Positions 1 through 14,291 of a stretch of 64,000 bases of DNA are shown here, in pieces. The translations under genes and the position numbers were made by a program. This DNA is from Phoronis australis (Eukaryota; Animalia; Phoronida). A model generated the notes under the pieces. The model saw only the letters and a list, made by a program, of their open reading frames with translations. It ran no database searches and was not told where the DNA came from. The DNA lies in NCBI GenBank assembly GCA_002633005.1, contig NMRA01000715.1:120776-184775 (forward strand). The letters run 5' to 3'. Each line of letters opens with the position of its first letter. Within the stretch, counting starts at the first letter, position 1.

Positions 1-202
1 TCAAAACAGCTAAAAGAAGTCTTGTAGCCTGGCACTACAAGTTTCAGTTAAAAACACTATGATGAGAAGACTGACACACGAGAGCTTTTTGTCAAGGTGT
101 GTGGACATGTGAACAATTTAAATAATCTAATAAGTATTAACCAACTAAGTTGAGTAATTTTAGCATGTGGGCGATGAATTCTGAAAGTGTCAGAGACCAG
201 GA

Positions 203-256
203 TTAGTAAGGGTTAGTAAGGGCTAGTAAGGGCTAGTAAGGGCTAGTAAGGGTTAA
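203..256. repeat. 10-bp minisatellite (T/C)TAGTAAGGG x~5
   Basis: Directly visible tandem copies ttagtaaggg/ctagtaaggg. Confidence 0.9.
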
Positions 257-1227
257 TAATAAATGTAGGTCAGCACATCATTTGTTTTGTAACAATCATA
301 TAGTAGACTGTAGAAGCTTGAAACACACATTTATAAAGTGATAACACTAACCACTACCAACACAAAGTAAAACAACAGGTAGAAGCACACTGACGTTAGT
401 AGCATTATTACTAACAGCATTACAAGTCTGACTTTAGCTCAACTGTATTCTAGTTAACATAGAGTGGTTAGAAAATCAGATGGCTTCCCCAAATAAATGT
501 ACATCCCTATAATACGCTGACTTTCAAAAATAACTTGAAACTGTGAATTTTAAGCAAAATATGAAACACGAAAGTACAATTTTCAAAAACAGATCATTAC
601 TTCTTATTCAGGCCCAATTTCAACATGTAGTGTCTGGTATGGCATATAAACACTAAGTAGCATTCCACAGCCACACACAGGGGTATCAGAAATGGTAAGC
701 TATGAAAGGGGGCATCGCAAAGGGTACTCCATGAAGGGGACGCATCACATTCCTATAACCCAATCTACGTCCAGAAGGTGGCGATATGCGAGGTAGCAAG
801 TAGTTTGGCTGCAGCCATCTTGTATGCAGAATTGAGAACAACACTGTCATGCCTTCAACAAATTTTTGTGAAAGAAATATTGGCACAAACATACTTATTG
901 AAGATTGATGAGGGATGTGGTAAACACAGTGGGAGTTGTGAATATGTTAGAATGCTCCAACACAAGAGGGCACAGAACTACTACTGATCCATCCAGTGAT
1001 TGGTAGACATATGCTGAATTTTATAAACATCCTGTAAATAATATGGCTGAAGGAAATACAGATGGTAGATTCCTAGACAAGGAAGGCAACTATATGTACC
1101 TCCACTGAGGTTCATGAAATTTGCAACTGAAACAATATTTGATTGACACTTGCACGGCAACAAGTGTAATCCTCTTTAGACAACAGTGACCTCTAGTAAC
1201 AGCAGCAGGCAAAAAGGGTGGACTCAC

Positions 1228-3042
1228 TGAATGGAAAAGAATGCTTTCTCACAGATTCCCATGAGGCAGGTGGCAATAGCCAGTGTGTAGATAGCCATCC
1301 CCCAGTAGCGATGCACACTCATGTACGACTCCCGCGCATTCTGACTCAGTTTGGGGAACAGGTAGGCAATGAATCCACACAGAAACTGAAATGAACACAC
1401 AGAGTTTCGTGGAACCAATCATGGCTATAGTAAAGTGCTCTTAGGGCACCCAAAGCATAGAGAAACGAAGGAAAATATAACACTGACATCTCATGTTGTT
1501 TATAAGAGGTAATAATGAACTGTTAGAAATTGTCAGTTTGAGACTAACAATTCTATAAGCCATTGTCAGTTCAACATTAGACTGATATCATTTTTTGTTA
1601 TTACGTACCTGTAGGCCGAACAATATGACTGTGGACAGTCCCATCCAGCTATGGAGAGAGTAGAGGTTAGGTATAGGAGGATTGTGCAGGTTGTGAGAGT
1701 CAAACACAGCCACTAGAGCCACGATGACAAAGACAACGACCAGTAGCTGGATACACAAGTGCAATATTTTGGTGACAGTCTTTGGCCAGTTACGGAACAC
1801 TCTGTAGACAAGCATGGCTGCAAGATATAACATTGGTGGTTCGTTACTCATGGTAGTCTACATTCGCCAGTTACGGAACACTCTGTAGACAAGTATGGCT
1901 ACAAAAGTTGGTGGCTCATTACTAGTAGGCTACTTTTCTCACGGTCTTACATGTAAGTGTGCACGAGCAGGGCTTAAGACATAGCATTGGTGAACTGGTT
2001 ACAAGGGTACTTTGAAGACAGTCATTGGGAATCTAAGGGTACTCTGTAGATAAACATGACCATAACACATAGCAATGCAGAAGATCATTAGGGTAGTTTG
2101 AAGATGGCCATGGAAACATATCAGACCATGGCTGTTATATCTGGTAGTAATTACTTTTTACATAGCCTTGTTGAGTACATAGGGCACTCTGGTTATTATC
2201 ACACAGACACTAGACATGAAGTTGTCAAAGTTTATAATACCACCCCCAGGACGCTGAGTGAAAGTCTTTGGTCAGATATGGAAATAGAATGCAACACAAC
2301 CAAATGCTCTGAAGCAAGGCAAGACGGTAATGTATGACATAACAATGTTGAAACTTATAAAGAGACTGTGGTGTTTTGGATGTTTGTTTTAGCTTAATGA
2401 CTGAAAACATAGTCATGTATCTGAGAAATACTGCTCTGATATGAGATAAACCCATTTTTTCTCATGTTTGATCCTCCAGTATGTACATGCATTTCATAGC
2501 CTGAACATCTGAACACACCATCCTGTCATCTTGCTTAACATTCAGCAAACCTCCCAGGCTCCCTCTAACATTTTGCTCTAGATTTCAGTGTTCATTTTTC
2601 ACACCAATGATTAACAATAGTTATTGCAGAGACTGCCCACAATCAAGCCCCAAATATGGCTGACACATTACGTGACAGTGTGGATTAAGCGGTCAAGGAC
2701 CCTTCATAGAAAGTTGTCTTCATACCTACCATCAGGCAACATGTTTACAATGACGAAAATGTTAACAACAAAATGCTTTAATGACTTCAGGACACTGAGA
2801 AGGAAAGTCCAAACGTTACCGTCGCCATACAGGAAGACGAATCCCAGCACCATGAACAGTGGGTGATAGTTGAACTCGATGGCAGGATTTTCCCTCCAGG
2901 CAAACCCCCCTCTATAGACACCCATCCATACAGCCACAAGTATGACGGAAATGAGTCCAAACACCTGGGAGGCACACACCTGCCAGACGAACGCCCAGAG
3001 GCTACGGGGCTGGGACCCTTCCAGAGAGTCATACTCATCCAT
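1228..3042 (-). CDS. Cytochrome b561 family (CYB561/CYBRD1/CYB561A3-like, ascorbate-dependent transmembrane reductase), partial: 3 coding exons
   Basis: Exons 3042-2820 (ATG MDEYDSLEG..., acceptor ttccag just upstream, donor gtaacg), 1817-1609 (cag/gtacgt) and 1385-1228 (cag/gtgagt) splice in frame. Family motifs FNYHPLFMVLG, K..H...Q, VFDSHN..PIPNLYSLHSWMG and HRYWG supply the four haem-ligating His. The terminal exon was not identified and probably lies left of the window. Confidence 0.93.
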
Positions 3043-5200
3043 CACTGGAAAGACCAAATAATATTGTTAGGCAAATGAGAAAGTCAAGGAGGTCTGCAAG
3101 TCTGAAAGAGATGAGAACTTCAGACGACTAAGATTATTCATTATTGGGACCAGAAATCAGGGAAAGGCTAATAGAAAAAAATTCTTTGCTAGTTGTGAAA
3201 TTTATACTATTTTTCAGACATGGAACCTAGAAAAATGTCTAAGTTTGGCTTACGTTGGAACATCATATCCCAGAAATGGTTGATTGTATTTAAATGGAAC
3301 TTTCACAGTGCTTTATAGACTGTCGTTCCATTTTAGCATAAGAGGGTATCAAAACAGTGCTTTTATGATTTTCATGAAAAACTCACAAGTCGCATCAAAG
3401 AATGTTACAAAATGACATTTACTTACAGCAACAATAGTTTTGTCTTGAACATTTATACCGAACATGAACTTGGTCAAGTTATTGATCAATACCATTGTTT
3501 TGGAAATTGCAACCAACGTTCCTTAAATTTGCCAAATTTCACTAAAAAGACATAGTCACAAGACCTAATCAATAGCAGATTGGTAAAAAGTCAAAAACCA
3601 AAATCTTTCTCCTTAAATTCAGATACTGAATTAAAGTCTATTGAGTTTATACTCAAGAGATTAAATACAAAGGCATCCATAAGGTCATACACAATGGCAA
3701 CAGAAAAAAAAATGTCCTACTCTTCACACAACATCGAAGGAAATAATAAGCCCAAGTCTCTTCTTTCCTTGCACAGCAAAGAGAAATGGAAAATCCAGTT
3801 GTAAACTGAAATAGACTGAAACCAGTAAATGTCTATAGGGCCATATCTTTACATAACTGTCAGGACTAATATCCAGAGGGCTTGAAATCAAAACACCAGG
3901 ATATATGGGCATTAAGATGAACAGTTGACTTGTGCAGGGGTAGGCTTTCAACATTTATGGCATACAAGCTTATTAAGAATGTGCACCTGACTTCCACCTT
4001 GAAAGTCAAGCCCATAATGGGCAGTCTTTAATAACTTCCTTTTCAAGTGGCACTAATCTCCATCACTGTCTAGCCTTAGGAAGATATTCAGCACAGTGCT
4101 TATAGGTGCCTAGACCTAAACTAAGTGAATACTACCTACATACTGTTAGTCTCTGGATGTGGTAGAGAAAGGAAACTGCCAGCTTAACTGGTGATTAATG
4201 ATGTAAGTAATTAATATACCAGGCAACAATCTGACACACAATGCACAAAACTATATAAAGCATGCTGATCAAAAAATCAATATTCAGTGAAGTAAAGTAA
4301 ACAGGCTCTCCCACAGACCTTATTACATGTAGGTAGTTATTACAGTCTTAGCATGCCAGGAAATGATCAGGCAAATGGCAAAAGACCTTTTGGGACAAGC
4401 AGGGTGCATTTCTGTCCTACTTCCCTTGGTATGTGATTGTCTGAACCTGCCACTAAACAGCACAAATTAACCAAAGATTTGTAAGACCTTGTGTTGGTTT
4501 TTCATGAGCAATGAGATTATAGATCTTAGCAGTTCATGCAAAAGATGGTGATTTTGACCTATTTTTTGCTGAAGTAGTCTAGGAAATTTGCAAGTAGTTT
4601 ATTAAATGGATTAGGAAAAAAATGCCATGCACAAATACACGGGGAGGGGCTCACAAATGGGACCATGTACAAAAAACACTTAACACTCAATAAGACTGTA
4701 ACTTCAACAGTCAGCTAGTGCCTCAATTTGCACCAATCTGCAACCAGTACTTCCCACATGACAATATGTGCCGGCATTGTTTAAACTTTTGCTGAAAGCA
4801 GACTCCATCAAAGACATTTGGACTGAAGTTGTATCACAGCTACCAAACATACTTGGAATATAAAAGGATCTTCACATGACATTAAAAATGTTTTGTTTTT
4901 TGCCGTAAAAACAGATCTGTTATGGTTAGTTCTTCATGCAAAAAAGGAATATTTTAAAAACAATGCCAAATGGCAGTTGATGGGAGCTGTGCACGAGCCC
5001 AGTATTTGAAAGTTAATTGAATCTGATCAACCATTTCCAAAAAGTTTTAACATGATGTTCCAAACTTAGCCAAATTTAAATTTGGACATTTTCTTGAATC
5101 TCGTATAATTTCAACTGGCCTATATTACAAAAGTACAGTTCAACAAAGCTGCTTATCGACCAACACTGATAGGCAACATGGATACTGTGAAGAGTGTACC

Positions 5201-8123
5201 CCACCCATTGTGTCATTAAATTTTCAATCACACACTATGATTGCATCATGTCAGCACCCACAAAGTAGAGATGTTGTGGCCATAATACTTTGTATGGTAC
5301 ATACACATTGCAATGAAACACAATCAGCTGGGATTGTCAATCAGTGTAAAGGGTCTAGCATATTCAGGCAGTCATTCCTCAAAATTCCAGCCAGGATGCC
5401 CTAAACCCATAACCTAGACCAGCAAACATCATATACTGGCACAAATCCCAGATCTGTGCTACAAATCTCCACAAACTCACCAAAAACGCTCTAAACCCAA
5501 TGACCAAGTCCATTCCCAGGGACCCACTTGACCTCACATGAACTGTTCAACAGGAGCTGGAGTTTGGTCTCCAGGTACACAACATTAAAGTCCTGTGTGT
5601 GGAGTAAAGGGGTGTGGCATTGGAATTTGTACTGGAGGTTTGATATTTAGTTATATAGTCTGGGTTTTAGGGTCTGTAGGAGGAACAGATGGGTGCAGCT
5701 GTGCATTGTAACATAATAGGTTCATGACAATGTGGTTAGCACTTAATATCAGGTGAGGTAACTGGATTAAAGTGAGCCAAAAAGATGGTGTGAATTTCAC
5801 TTACCCTCTGAACACTTGGTGTTCACCCAAACTCAAACTGGTGTTATAAGAGAAAGCTATGTCATATAACCAAACCCATTTCCTAAGGCCTTACCTCAAA
5901 TATGCCCAGACAATAAATAAGGAGACTTGTAAGATACAAGCAAATGGAGCATCACAAAGAGTGCTTCCACAGCAGACTATGTCATTATGTTAGTATTGTT
6001 GTAATGTCTGGGTTCTGGACCCTGGGCTCTTGGTGTTGCATAACACTTTACAGGTAGCTATATAATCCTGTATTTTAAATTGTGGAGTTAGAATTGAACA
6101 ATTTTAACTAGAGTAAAATCAACAGGGTAATTTTTAGAGGCATAAAACAAATAGCAGTGGTNATCTCCCATATTCCATTTGGCAGTACTCAAAATCACAA
6201 TGTCAAAATTCAACAAAACCATAACTAATTAACAACCTTTCTTTTGTCCCAGAGCATCTTTCAGACAACTTCTTGACAGTTGTTGAACAGAACAAACATT
6301 GATTTTACTATGCGCTCCTTCATGGAAAAACTGGGCTTTCTTAATTGTGCTGTGCAATTTTCAATAAACTGATGTATTCTTGAAACTGTTACCTCAGCAG
6401 TGCAGGCTAAAGGTTAAAATAAGCACTTACCTGGAGCTAGACAAGAATCTCTCTGAAATTGGTTTAAGGATAATTCCTACAATCCTCTAGTGATATCAAC
6501 TAATCACTCACATGAACCTCACGTGTCCAGTTATACAATATCTATTCTTATATTGTCAACATTTGGTAGTGGTAAAATTGTACTACGTACCTTTTTATCA
6601 ATGAATTAAACAGTGGGGTGAATTTGCCAAGTCATGCTGGAAACTAGCTCAATAGAATACCAGCAAAACAGTGATAACAGGGAAATTGTATTAACGAGAT
6701 GTCAGTGAGAATGTGAGAGTGTGTGAATGAAGAACTGCCCGTGCAGCAAGGAAATATTTTTGTTATGAGGACTGCTTACTAGAACTTTTGATGATTATCT
6801 AGCTTCTTACCACATGCAAGAGATACAAAGTCATCGATGTGTTCGGTTTTGCATAAAACAGACATCTTAAGACACATTAAGTGAATTCCTGACAATACAT
6901 TTGCAGGTCTTCTAAGCAATTTTTGTCAGACAACAGGATGTAAGTTGAGTGTGTATGATGATGGACACAAGTGACGGATGTATACTCTGAATTTTTTAGT
7001 ATTGTAGGTTCTCGCTAAAGGGGACTTTTCATATTCATTTGGCACTCTCTAGTGTAATGAGAGCATGAACATGAGTTCCGACTGATACCGACTCAGATTT
7101 GATGGACAGAAATTCAATTACTACATAGTGGTTCATTAATTTAAAAGCAGGGGAATGAATCCCAATTTTCCACTGTTTGAATATTTTATGTTCAGTAATT
7201 TATTATAGCTTTTTGACATCGACTCGGATCAAAATTCTGACGCTTTATAAGCTGCAGTCATTGGCTTTGCCATCACGATACTTCTTTGCAGTGGGAAATG
7301 TATGAAATATGATGTACATGTTCATCCATGGATATTGCAAAAAGTCTGCCTTCTTTGTAAGACAGTAGTACATCCCTCCGCACAGCACTGAATTTCAATA
7401 TGGCACGGCTACTTTGAATGTTATGAAGAACAATTCAAACTTGTGTATTTAAGCTATATATTGGTCTTTTGCTAAAGATTCAATTTTTAATTAAAATACA
7501 CTGACTGACCTTTCACCTGAAATCATCAGCTCCAGTAAGCCAATGGTGGGTATTACTAGATTTTAATTTTTCAACACAACTTGGTTAGATACAAAACAAC
7601 TGGTTCTGTTTGGTTTAGTTAACTGCAAAGGGCATTCATATTTTGATCCAAGACAAAGGTGGTGTCTTGCAGTGTAAACACAGACACTAAATTATATCAA
7701 AAAGAAGATTTTGATTTTGGAATATGTGGAGATCTCTAATAAAATACTCAAATGCTGGTCGTTTTTAGTAATTAGCTTGGTTAGCTTTTCATTCAGCTTT
7801 TTAACTCGATGAATAAACAAGCTTTAGTCCAATAATATATACCATGTATTATACATTGCAAAGTTAATAAAATTGGTTTCATTACAATCATAACAATGAC
7901 AAAAATATGATATCTGCACCTGATGACAAGGTAAAAAACAATATTTTCAATGCTTTCATACAAAATAAATACATAACCACAACATAAGACAATGTGTCGT
8001 GTAAAACATGGGTAGAAATGTCCATTCCAAACATTACAACAGGCGAGTCGAGCTAAGTTCCTTGGGTATGCTATGCTCAGAAAACCATATGTTAAACACT
8101 TATTCATATCACATTTTAATGCT
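5201..8123 (+). repeat. Direct duplication copy 1 (~2.9 kb) of 11180-14150
   Basis: Colinear near-identical sequence from ccacccattgtg to ttaatgct, with scattered SNPs and small indels. A single n at 6162 replaces ~45 bp present in copy 2. Confidence 0.95.
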
Positions 8124-8124
8124 A

Positions 8125-8949
8125 CACATAGTGTACTTAATTATCGGACGGAACCTAAATATCGGACATTTCATAGAATCTTACTTGAAGCATAATCTGA
8201 GAATTAAATGACACCAATTTTTGTTCCGTTGTAATGCATTCAATGTCCGGCACCGTCTCGTTTTTTTTACAGCGTTGCCTCATTTTGATTTCACCGAGAG
8301 AGGGTGCAATTTAGACCCCCAAGTCGGCCTCAAAAATGGACGATCGCATAAATCGGTTATAAAAGTTGAAAATAAAATCTTTTTCCACAATGAAACCATC
8401 TCATTGAACTGACAATATGTCACTGTTCCATTTTTTCGTTTGTTTTTAAACTCAAGTCTAACCCCGACCGCGCACGTGCGGGTGTCATATCAAGAAGCCT
8501 AAGTGATACTAAAAACTGCACTGAGTTTGCACGTGCTTTAGTCGTCTGCACTAATTCATCGAAACGACTTGGCGCCGTCATCAGATTTCATTTCATGGAT
8601 AATTTTGTTGCGAATGGACCTGGGTTCTAGCTGCATATATGTCAAAAATTTGGAGCTGAAATTTGGCGACAAGGTGCCCGCGGCCATTACGTGGTTAGTC
8701 AGTTTTCCGCGGTGTGGCGTATGGAGAAACATGGTGTCCGATATTTAGGTTCTCCGAAGGTTTGGTTGTTGTGTTTTTTGAAGATCAGCCGGAACATAAA
8801 TGTGGCTTTCAGTGACAAGATATAGTAACAGAACAATTCCGTGAAGGTAAATCTTTATTTCAGCAAAGAATTTACTACAGTCCGTAATATTTTCAATTAA
8901 ATATAATGCAAAATGTGCCAAAACGTCCGATAATTAGGTCACTTGACTG
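8125..8949. mobile_element. Non-autonomous Tc1/mariner-pogo-like DNA element (MITE), TA-flanked
   Basis: Imperfect TIR cacatagtgtacttaattatcggacg versus the reverse complement of the right end, cagtcaagtgacctaattatcggacg. TA on both sides (8123-24, 8950-51). Internal inverted copy of aacctaaatatcggaca (8151 and 8735-8751). CpG-rich relative to flanks. Confidence 0.8.
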
Positions 8950-9650
8950 TATATGAATTCCGTCTGTTTTGCATTACCACAGAAAACCAGGGTCTCTGAA
9001 GTGAAGTAAGCAATTATTGATAGAAATATTTAAGAAATTCAACACTACAATTCATGAACTCTACCCTTGATTGTCAAAAAGTTTCTTGTTTACTAAATGT
9101 ATCCTGATTGTTCTGCATATGTATGTATACTGATATTTATCAATCAACAGATAACAATTGTCTGCAGATGTTGGGTGAATTTGTTTGCAGTTTCATGTTT
9201 AATTTTGTGTACAAGTTAAATTAATTTGTATTCTAGCTGTAAGCTTATATCTTATTGTCCCATAATGCCTTTTCATGTTATTTATCGATAACACTTTTTA
9301 GTCTACCTTTTCCCAGAATTACAAACTAATACATGACATTGAGCTTGTCTGAGAATCGAGGCAATGTCTCTAACACGTCAATCGAGTATCATCACAAGAC
9401 TCACACCTGGGCACAGTTAAAAGCGTTCCTGTATAACATTCGCTTGCCGTTTCCATTCGAGTAGTCCCAAGTCAATTGCTCTACACACTTTCTTAGTTGA
9501 TTTGGTTACAATAAAGTCGGGTAGAAAACCCAAGAAAGGGTTTGCTTTACTACAGTTCAGTCTTAAAGTAACAAATATCACCTTACGTCATTCACAGATA
9601 TGGTGGAGCGGAGCCAGGGGACAGAACAGTGGTAAGTGATGAAAGGAAAC

Positions 9651-9836
9651 TGTCCTGTCTGATTGGGATGGTGAGGCAGTTTGTCTGCACGTTGGATGGG
9701 TATGCTAGGGGTTGTCCTGTTTTATTGGGATAGTGAGGGAGTTTGTCTGCACGTTGGATGGGTATGCTAGGGGTTGTCCTGTCTTATTGGGATGGTGAGG
9801 GAGTTTGTTTGCACGTTGGATGTGAATGCTAGGGGA
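9651..9836. repeat. 62-bp tandem repeat x3
   Basis: tgtcctgtc..attgggatggtgagg.agtttgtctgcacgttggatgggtatgctagggg repeated at 9651, 9713 and 9775. Confidence 0.92.
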
Positions 9837-9899
9837 AGATGACGTTTTGTAGACCGAGCTTGTTGCTTACATTTGGTTAAAGGGAAATTATCCATGTTA

Positions 9900-11330
9900 T
9901 ATCTGAAAACAAAATTGACATTAATGTTGGATGGGGTACACTTCTTGAAGCTGTCGGCTTTGATCTGGGCTATAAAGCAACAAAATGCGTTGTGTTTTTG
10001 TGATTTTGTATCCAATTGCCAATTCTCGTTGTTTGTCAGACATTCCGTGAGACCAAGGTTGGTGACTTAACCAGTTAAACACGCTTAAAAGACTGCCATT
10101 TATAGGTTGAAGTTCTTTGAAACAGCACTGATGCCACTGTGATCTCTGAGGTTGTGAATAAGATTCCACATTTCGGCTGATCTCAGTAAACCACTTTTCT
10201 AATGGACAGTGTTACTTTAATGGAAGACAGTNNNNNNNNNNNNNNNNNNNNNNNNNNNNNNNNNNNNNNNNNNNNNNNNNNNNNNNNNNNNNNNNNNNNN
10301 NNNNNNNNNNNNNNNNNNNNNNNNNNNNNNNNNNNNNNNNNNNNNNNNNNNNNNNNNNNNNNNNNNNNNNNNNNNNNNNNNNNNNNNNNNNNNNNNNNNN
10401 NNNNNNNNNNNNNNNNNNNNNNNNNNNNNNNNNNNNNNNNNNNNNNNNNNNNNNNNNNNNNNNNNNNNNNNNNNNNNNNNNNNNNNNNNNNNNNNNNNNN
10501 NNNNNNNNNNNNNNNNNNNNNNNNNNNNNNNNNNNNNNNNNNNNNNNNNNNNNNNNNNNNNNNNNNNNNNNNNNNNNNNNNNNNNNNNNNNNNNNNNNNN
10601 NNNNNNNNNNNNNNNNNNNNNNNNNNNNNNNNNNNNNNNNNNNNNNNNNNNNNNNNNNNNNNNNNNNNNNNNNNNNNNNNNNNNNNNNNNNNNNNNNNNN
10701 NNNNNNNNNNNNNNNNNNNNNNNNNNNNNNNNNNNNNNNNNNNNNNNNNNNNNNNNNNNNNNNNNNNNNNNNNNNNNNNNNNNNNNNNNNNNNNNNNNNN
10801 NNNNNNNNNNNNNNNNNNNNNNNNNNNNNNNNNNNNNNNNNNNNNNNNNNNNNNNNNNNNNNNNNNNNNNNNNNNNNNNNNNNNNNNNNNNNNNNNNTAA
10901 TTGATATTAAAATCGGCATTGGTATTATTAAAGGAACTTTTGATCTTTTGTTTGCTGCTCTTGGTCTGTCAAATGCTTTGGAGAAATTATGAGATGCATT
11001 GGTAGGAAAGCTAAACTTTGAAGTGTCTAAGAAGTAGGTCACACCAGTGCAGTGTGCAGTTTTAAACCATATATAAATACCTCCAGCATGACCATTGTTA
11101 TGGGTAGACACAAAACAATGTCAATAACTGACATTCAACATTTGCGTCGAGTTTGGAATTTATAATGTGGAGAACACTGCCACCCATTGTGTGATTAAAT
11201 TTTCAATCACACACTTTAATTGCATCATGTCAGCACCCACAAAGTAGAGATCTTGTGGCCATAATACTTTGTATGGTGCATACACATTGCAGTCAAACAC
11301 AATCAGCTGGGATTGTCAATCAGTGTAAAG
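9900..11330 (-). mobile_element. Degenerate non-LTR retrotransposon (CR1/L2-group LINE) ORF2 remnant spanning the gap
   Basis: Frameshifted minus-strand fragments resemble APE endonuclease motifs (GHAGGIYIWFK ~11070-11100; ADFNIN ~10900-10918). After the gap comes a W...EMWNLIH.LRD...WQSFKR..VTNL linker typical of these ORF2s. Recognised by motif memory only. Confidence 0.5.
10232..10897. other. Assembly gap (N run)
   Basis: Run of n characters. Confidence 1.
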
Positions 11331-14150
11331 GGTCTAGCATATTCAGGCAATCATTCCTCAAAATTCCAGCCACGATGCCCAAAACCCATAACCTAGACCA
11401 GCAAACACCATATACTGGCACAAATCCCAGATCTGCGCTACAAATCTCCACAAACTCACCAAAAATGCTCTAAACCCAATGACCAAGTCTCTTCCCAGGG
11501 ACCCACTTGACCTCACATGAACTGTTCTACAGGAGCTGGAGTATGGTCTCCAGGTACACAACATTACAGTCCTGTATGTGGAGTAAAGGGGTGTGGAATT
11601 GGAATTTGTACTGGAGGCTTGATGTTTAGTTATAGTCTGGGTTTTAGGGTCTGTAGGGGGAACATATGGGTGCAGCTGTGCATTGTAACATAACAGGTTC
11701 ATGACAATGTGGTTAGCACTTAATATCAGGTGAGGTAACTGGATTAAAGTGAGCCAAAAAGATGGTGTGAATTTCATTTACCCTCCACTTGGTGTTCACC
11801 CAAACTCAAACTGGTGTTATAACAGAAAGCTACATCATATAGCCAAACCCATTACCTAAGGCCTTACCTCAAATATGCCCAGACAATAAATAAGGAAACT
11901 TGTAAGATACAATCAAATGGAGCATCACAAAGAGTGCTTCCTAAAGCAGACTATGTCATTATGTTAGTGTTGTAATGTCTGGATTCTGGACCCTGGGCTT
12001 TTGGTGTTGCATAACACTTTACTGGTAGCTATATAATCCTGTATTTTAAATTGGTGTGGAGTTGGAATTGAACAGTTTTTGCTTAAATCCTAACTTGAAT
12101 AAAATCAACAGGGTAATTTTTAGAGGCATAAAACAAATAGCAGTGGCGGCTTTTGGGGGGGGGGAGGCACTAGGGAGCCACGGCCGTCCATAAAAATCTC
12201 CCAGATTCCATTTGGCAGTACTCAAAATCACAATGTCAAAATTCAACAAAACCATAACTAATTAACAACCTTTCTTTTGTCCCAGAGCATCCTTCAGACA
12301 ACTTCTTGACAGTTGCTGAACAGAACAAACATTGATTTTACTACGCGCTCCTTTATGGAAAAACTGGGCTTTCTTAATTGTGCTGTGCAATTTTCAATAA
12401 ACTGATGTATTCTTGAAACTGTTACCTCAGCAGTGCAGGCTAAAGGTTAAAATAAGCACTTACCTGGAGCTAGACAAGAATCTCTCTGAAATTAGTTTAA
12501 GGATAATTCCTACAATCCTCTAGTGATATCAACTAATCACTCACATGAACCTCACGTGTCCAGTTATCTATTCTTATATTGACAATATTTGGTAGTGGTA
12601 AAATTGTACTACGTACCTTTTTATCAATGAATTAAACAGTGGGGTGAATTTGCCAAGTCATGCTGGAAACTAGCTCAATAGAATACCAGCAAAACAGTGA
12701 TAACAGGGAAATTGTATTAACGAGGTGTCAGTGAGAATGTGAGAGTGTGTGAATGAAGAACTGCCCATGCAGCAAGGAAATATTTTTGTTATGAGGATTG
12801 CTTACTAGAACTTTTGATGATTATCTAGCTTCTTATCACATGCAAGAGATACAAGGTCATGTGTTCGGTTTTGCATAAAACAGACACCTTAAGACACATT
12901 ATGTGAATTCCTGACAACACATTTGCAGGTCTTCTAAGCAATTTTTGTCAGACAACAGGATTAAGTTGAGTGTGTATGATGATGGACACAAGTGACGGAT
13001 GTATGCTCTGAATTTTTTAGTATTGCAGGTTCTCGCTAAAGGGGACTTTTCATATTCATTTGGCACTCTCTAGTGTAATGAGAGCATGAAAATGAATTCC
13101 GACTGATACCGACTCAGATTTGATGGACAGAAATTCAATTACTACATAGTGGTTCATTAATTTAAAAGCAGGGGAATAAATTCCAATTTTCCACTGTTTG
13201 AATATTTTATGTTCAGTAATTTATTATAGCTTTTTGACATCGACTCGGATCAAAATTCTGACGCTTTATAAGCTGCAGTCATTGGCTTTGCCATCACGAT
13301 ACTTCTTTGCAGTGGGAAATGTATGAAATATGATGTACATGTTCATCCATGGATATTGCAAAAAGTTTGCCTTTTTTGTAAGACAGTAGTACATCCCTCC
13401 GCACAGCACTGAATTTCAATATGGCACGGCTACTTTGAACGTTATGAAAAACAATTCAAACTTGTGTATTTAAGCTATATATTGGTCTTTTGCTAAAGAT
13501 TCAATTTTTAATTAAAATACACTGACTGACCTTTCACCTGAAATCATCAGCTCCAGTAAGCCAATGGTGGGTATTACTAGAAGATTTTAATTTTTCAACA
13601 CAACTTGGTTAAAGATACAAAACAACTGGTTCTGTTTGGTTTAGTTAACTGCAGAGGGCATTCATATTTTGATCCAAGACAAAGGTGGTGTCTTGCAGTG
13701 TAAACACAGACACTAAATTATATCAAAAAGAAGATTTTGATTTTGGAATAAGTGGAGATCTCCAGAAAAAATACTCAAATGCTGGTCGTTATTAGTAATT
13801 AGCTTGGTTAGCTTTTCATTCAGCTTTTTAACTCGATGAATAAACAAGCTTTTGTCCAATAATGTATACCATGTATTATACATTGCAAAGTTAATAAAAT
13901 TGGTTTCATTACTATCATAACAATGACAAAAATATGATATCTGCACCTGATGACAAGGTAAAAAACAATATTTTCAATGCTTTCATACAAAATAAATACA
14001 CAACCACAACATAAGACAATGTGTCGTGTAAAACAAGGGTAGAAATGTCCATTCCAAATATTACAACAGGCGAGTCGAGCTAAGTTCCTTGGGTATGCTA
14101 TGCTCAGAAAACTGCATGTTAAACACTTTTTCATATCGCATGTTAATGCT
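11180..14150 (+). repeat. Direct duplication copy 2 (~2.97 kb) of 5201-8123
   Basis: See copy 1. Here the left end continues into the LINE remnant and the right end abuts the 3' flank of the piggyBac ORF. Confidence 0.95.
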
Positions 14151-14291
14151 GTATTAGTATACCGGGTATAAATGATTGTACTTATTATCCATACTAACCA
14201 AAACTAAATTTTGATATTGTATGACATAACTATGGTCTAATTTTCACATCCACAGGTATTTCAAGGTGTGTCCAGGTGTGTCAAATTGCAG

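Noticed and set aside
950-1031. Candidate last exon of the cytochrome b561 gene after tttacag
   Set aside because: The in-frame translation lacks the expected final transmembrane helix and KRP-like motif.
6680-6780. Cys-spaced relic (TRCQ*ECESV*MKNCPCSK..CYEDC) resembling a CXC domain of a decayed transposon
   Set aside because: Contains stops and a frameshift and is too short to support without a search.
10202-11111. Long ORFs in the ORF track
   Set aside because: Artefacts of the N gap.
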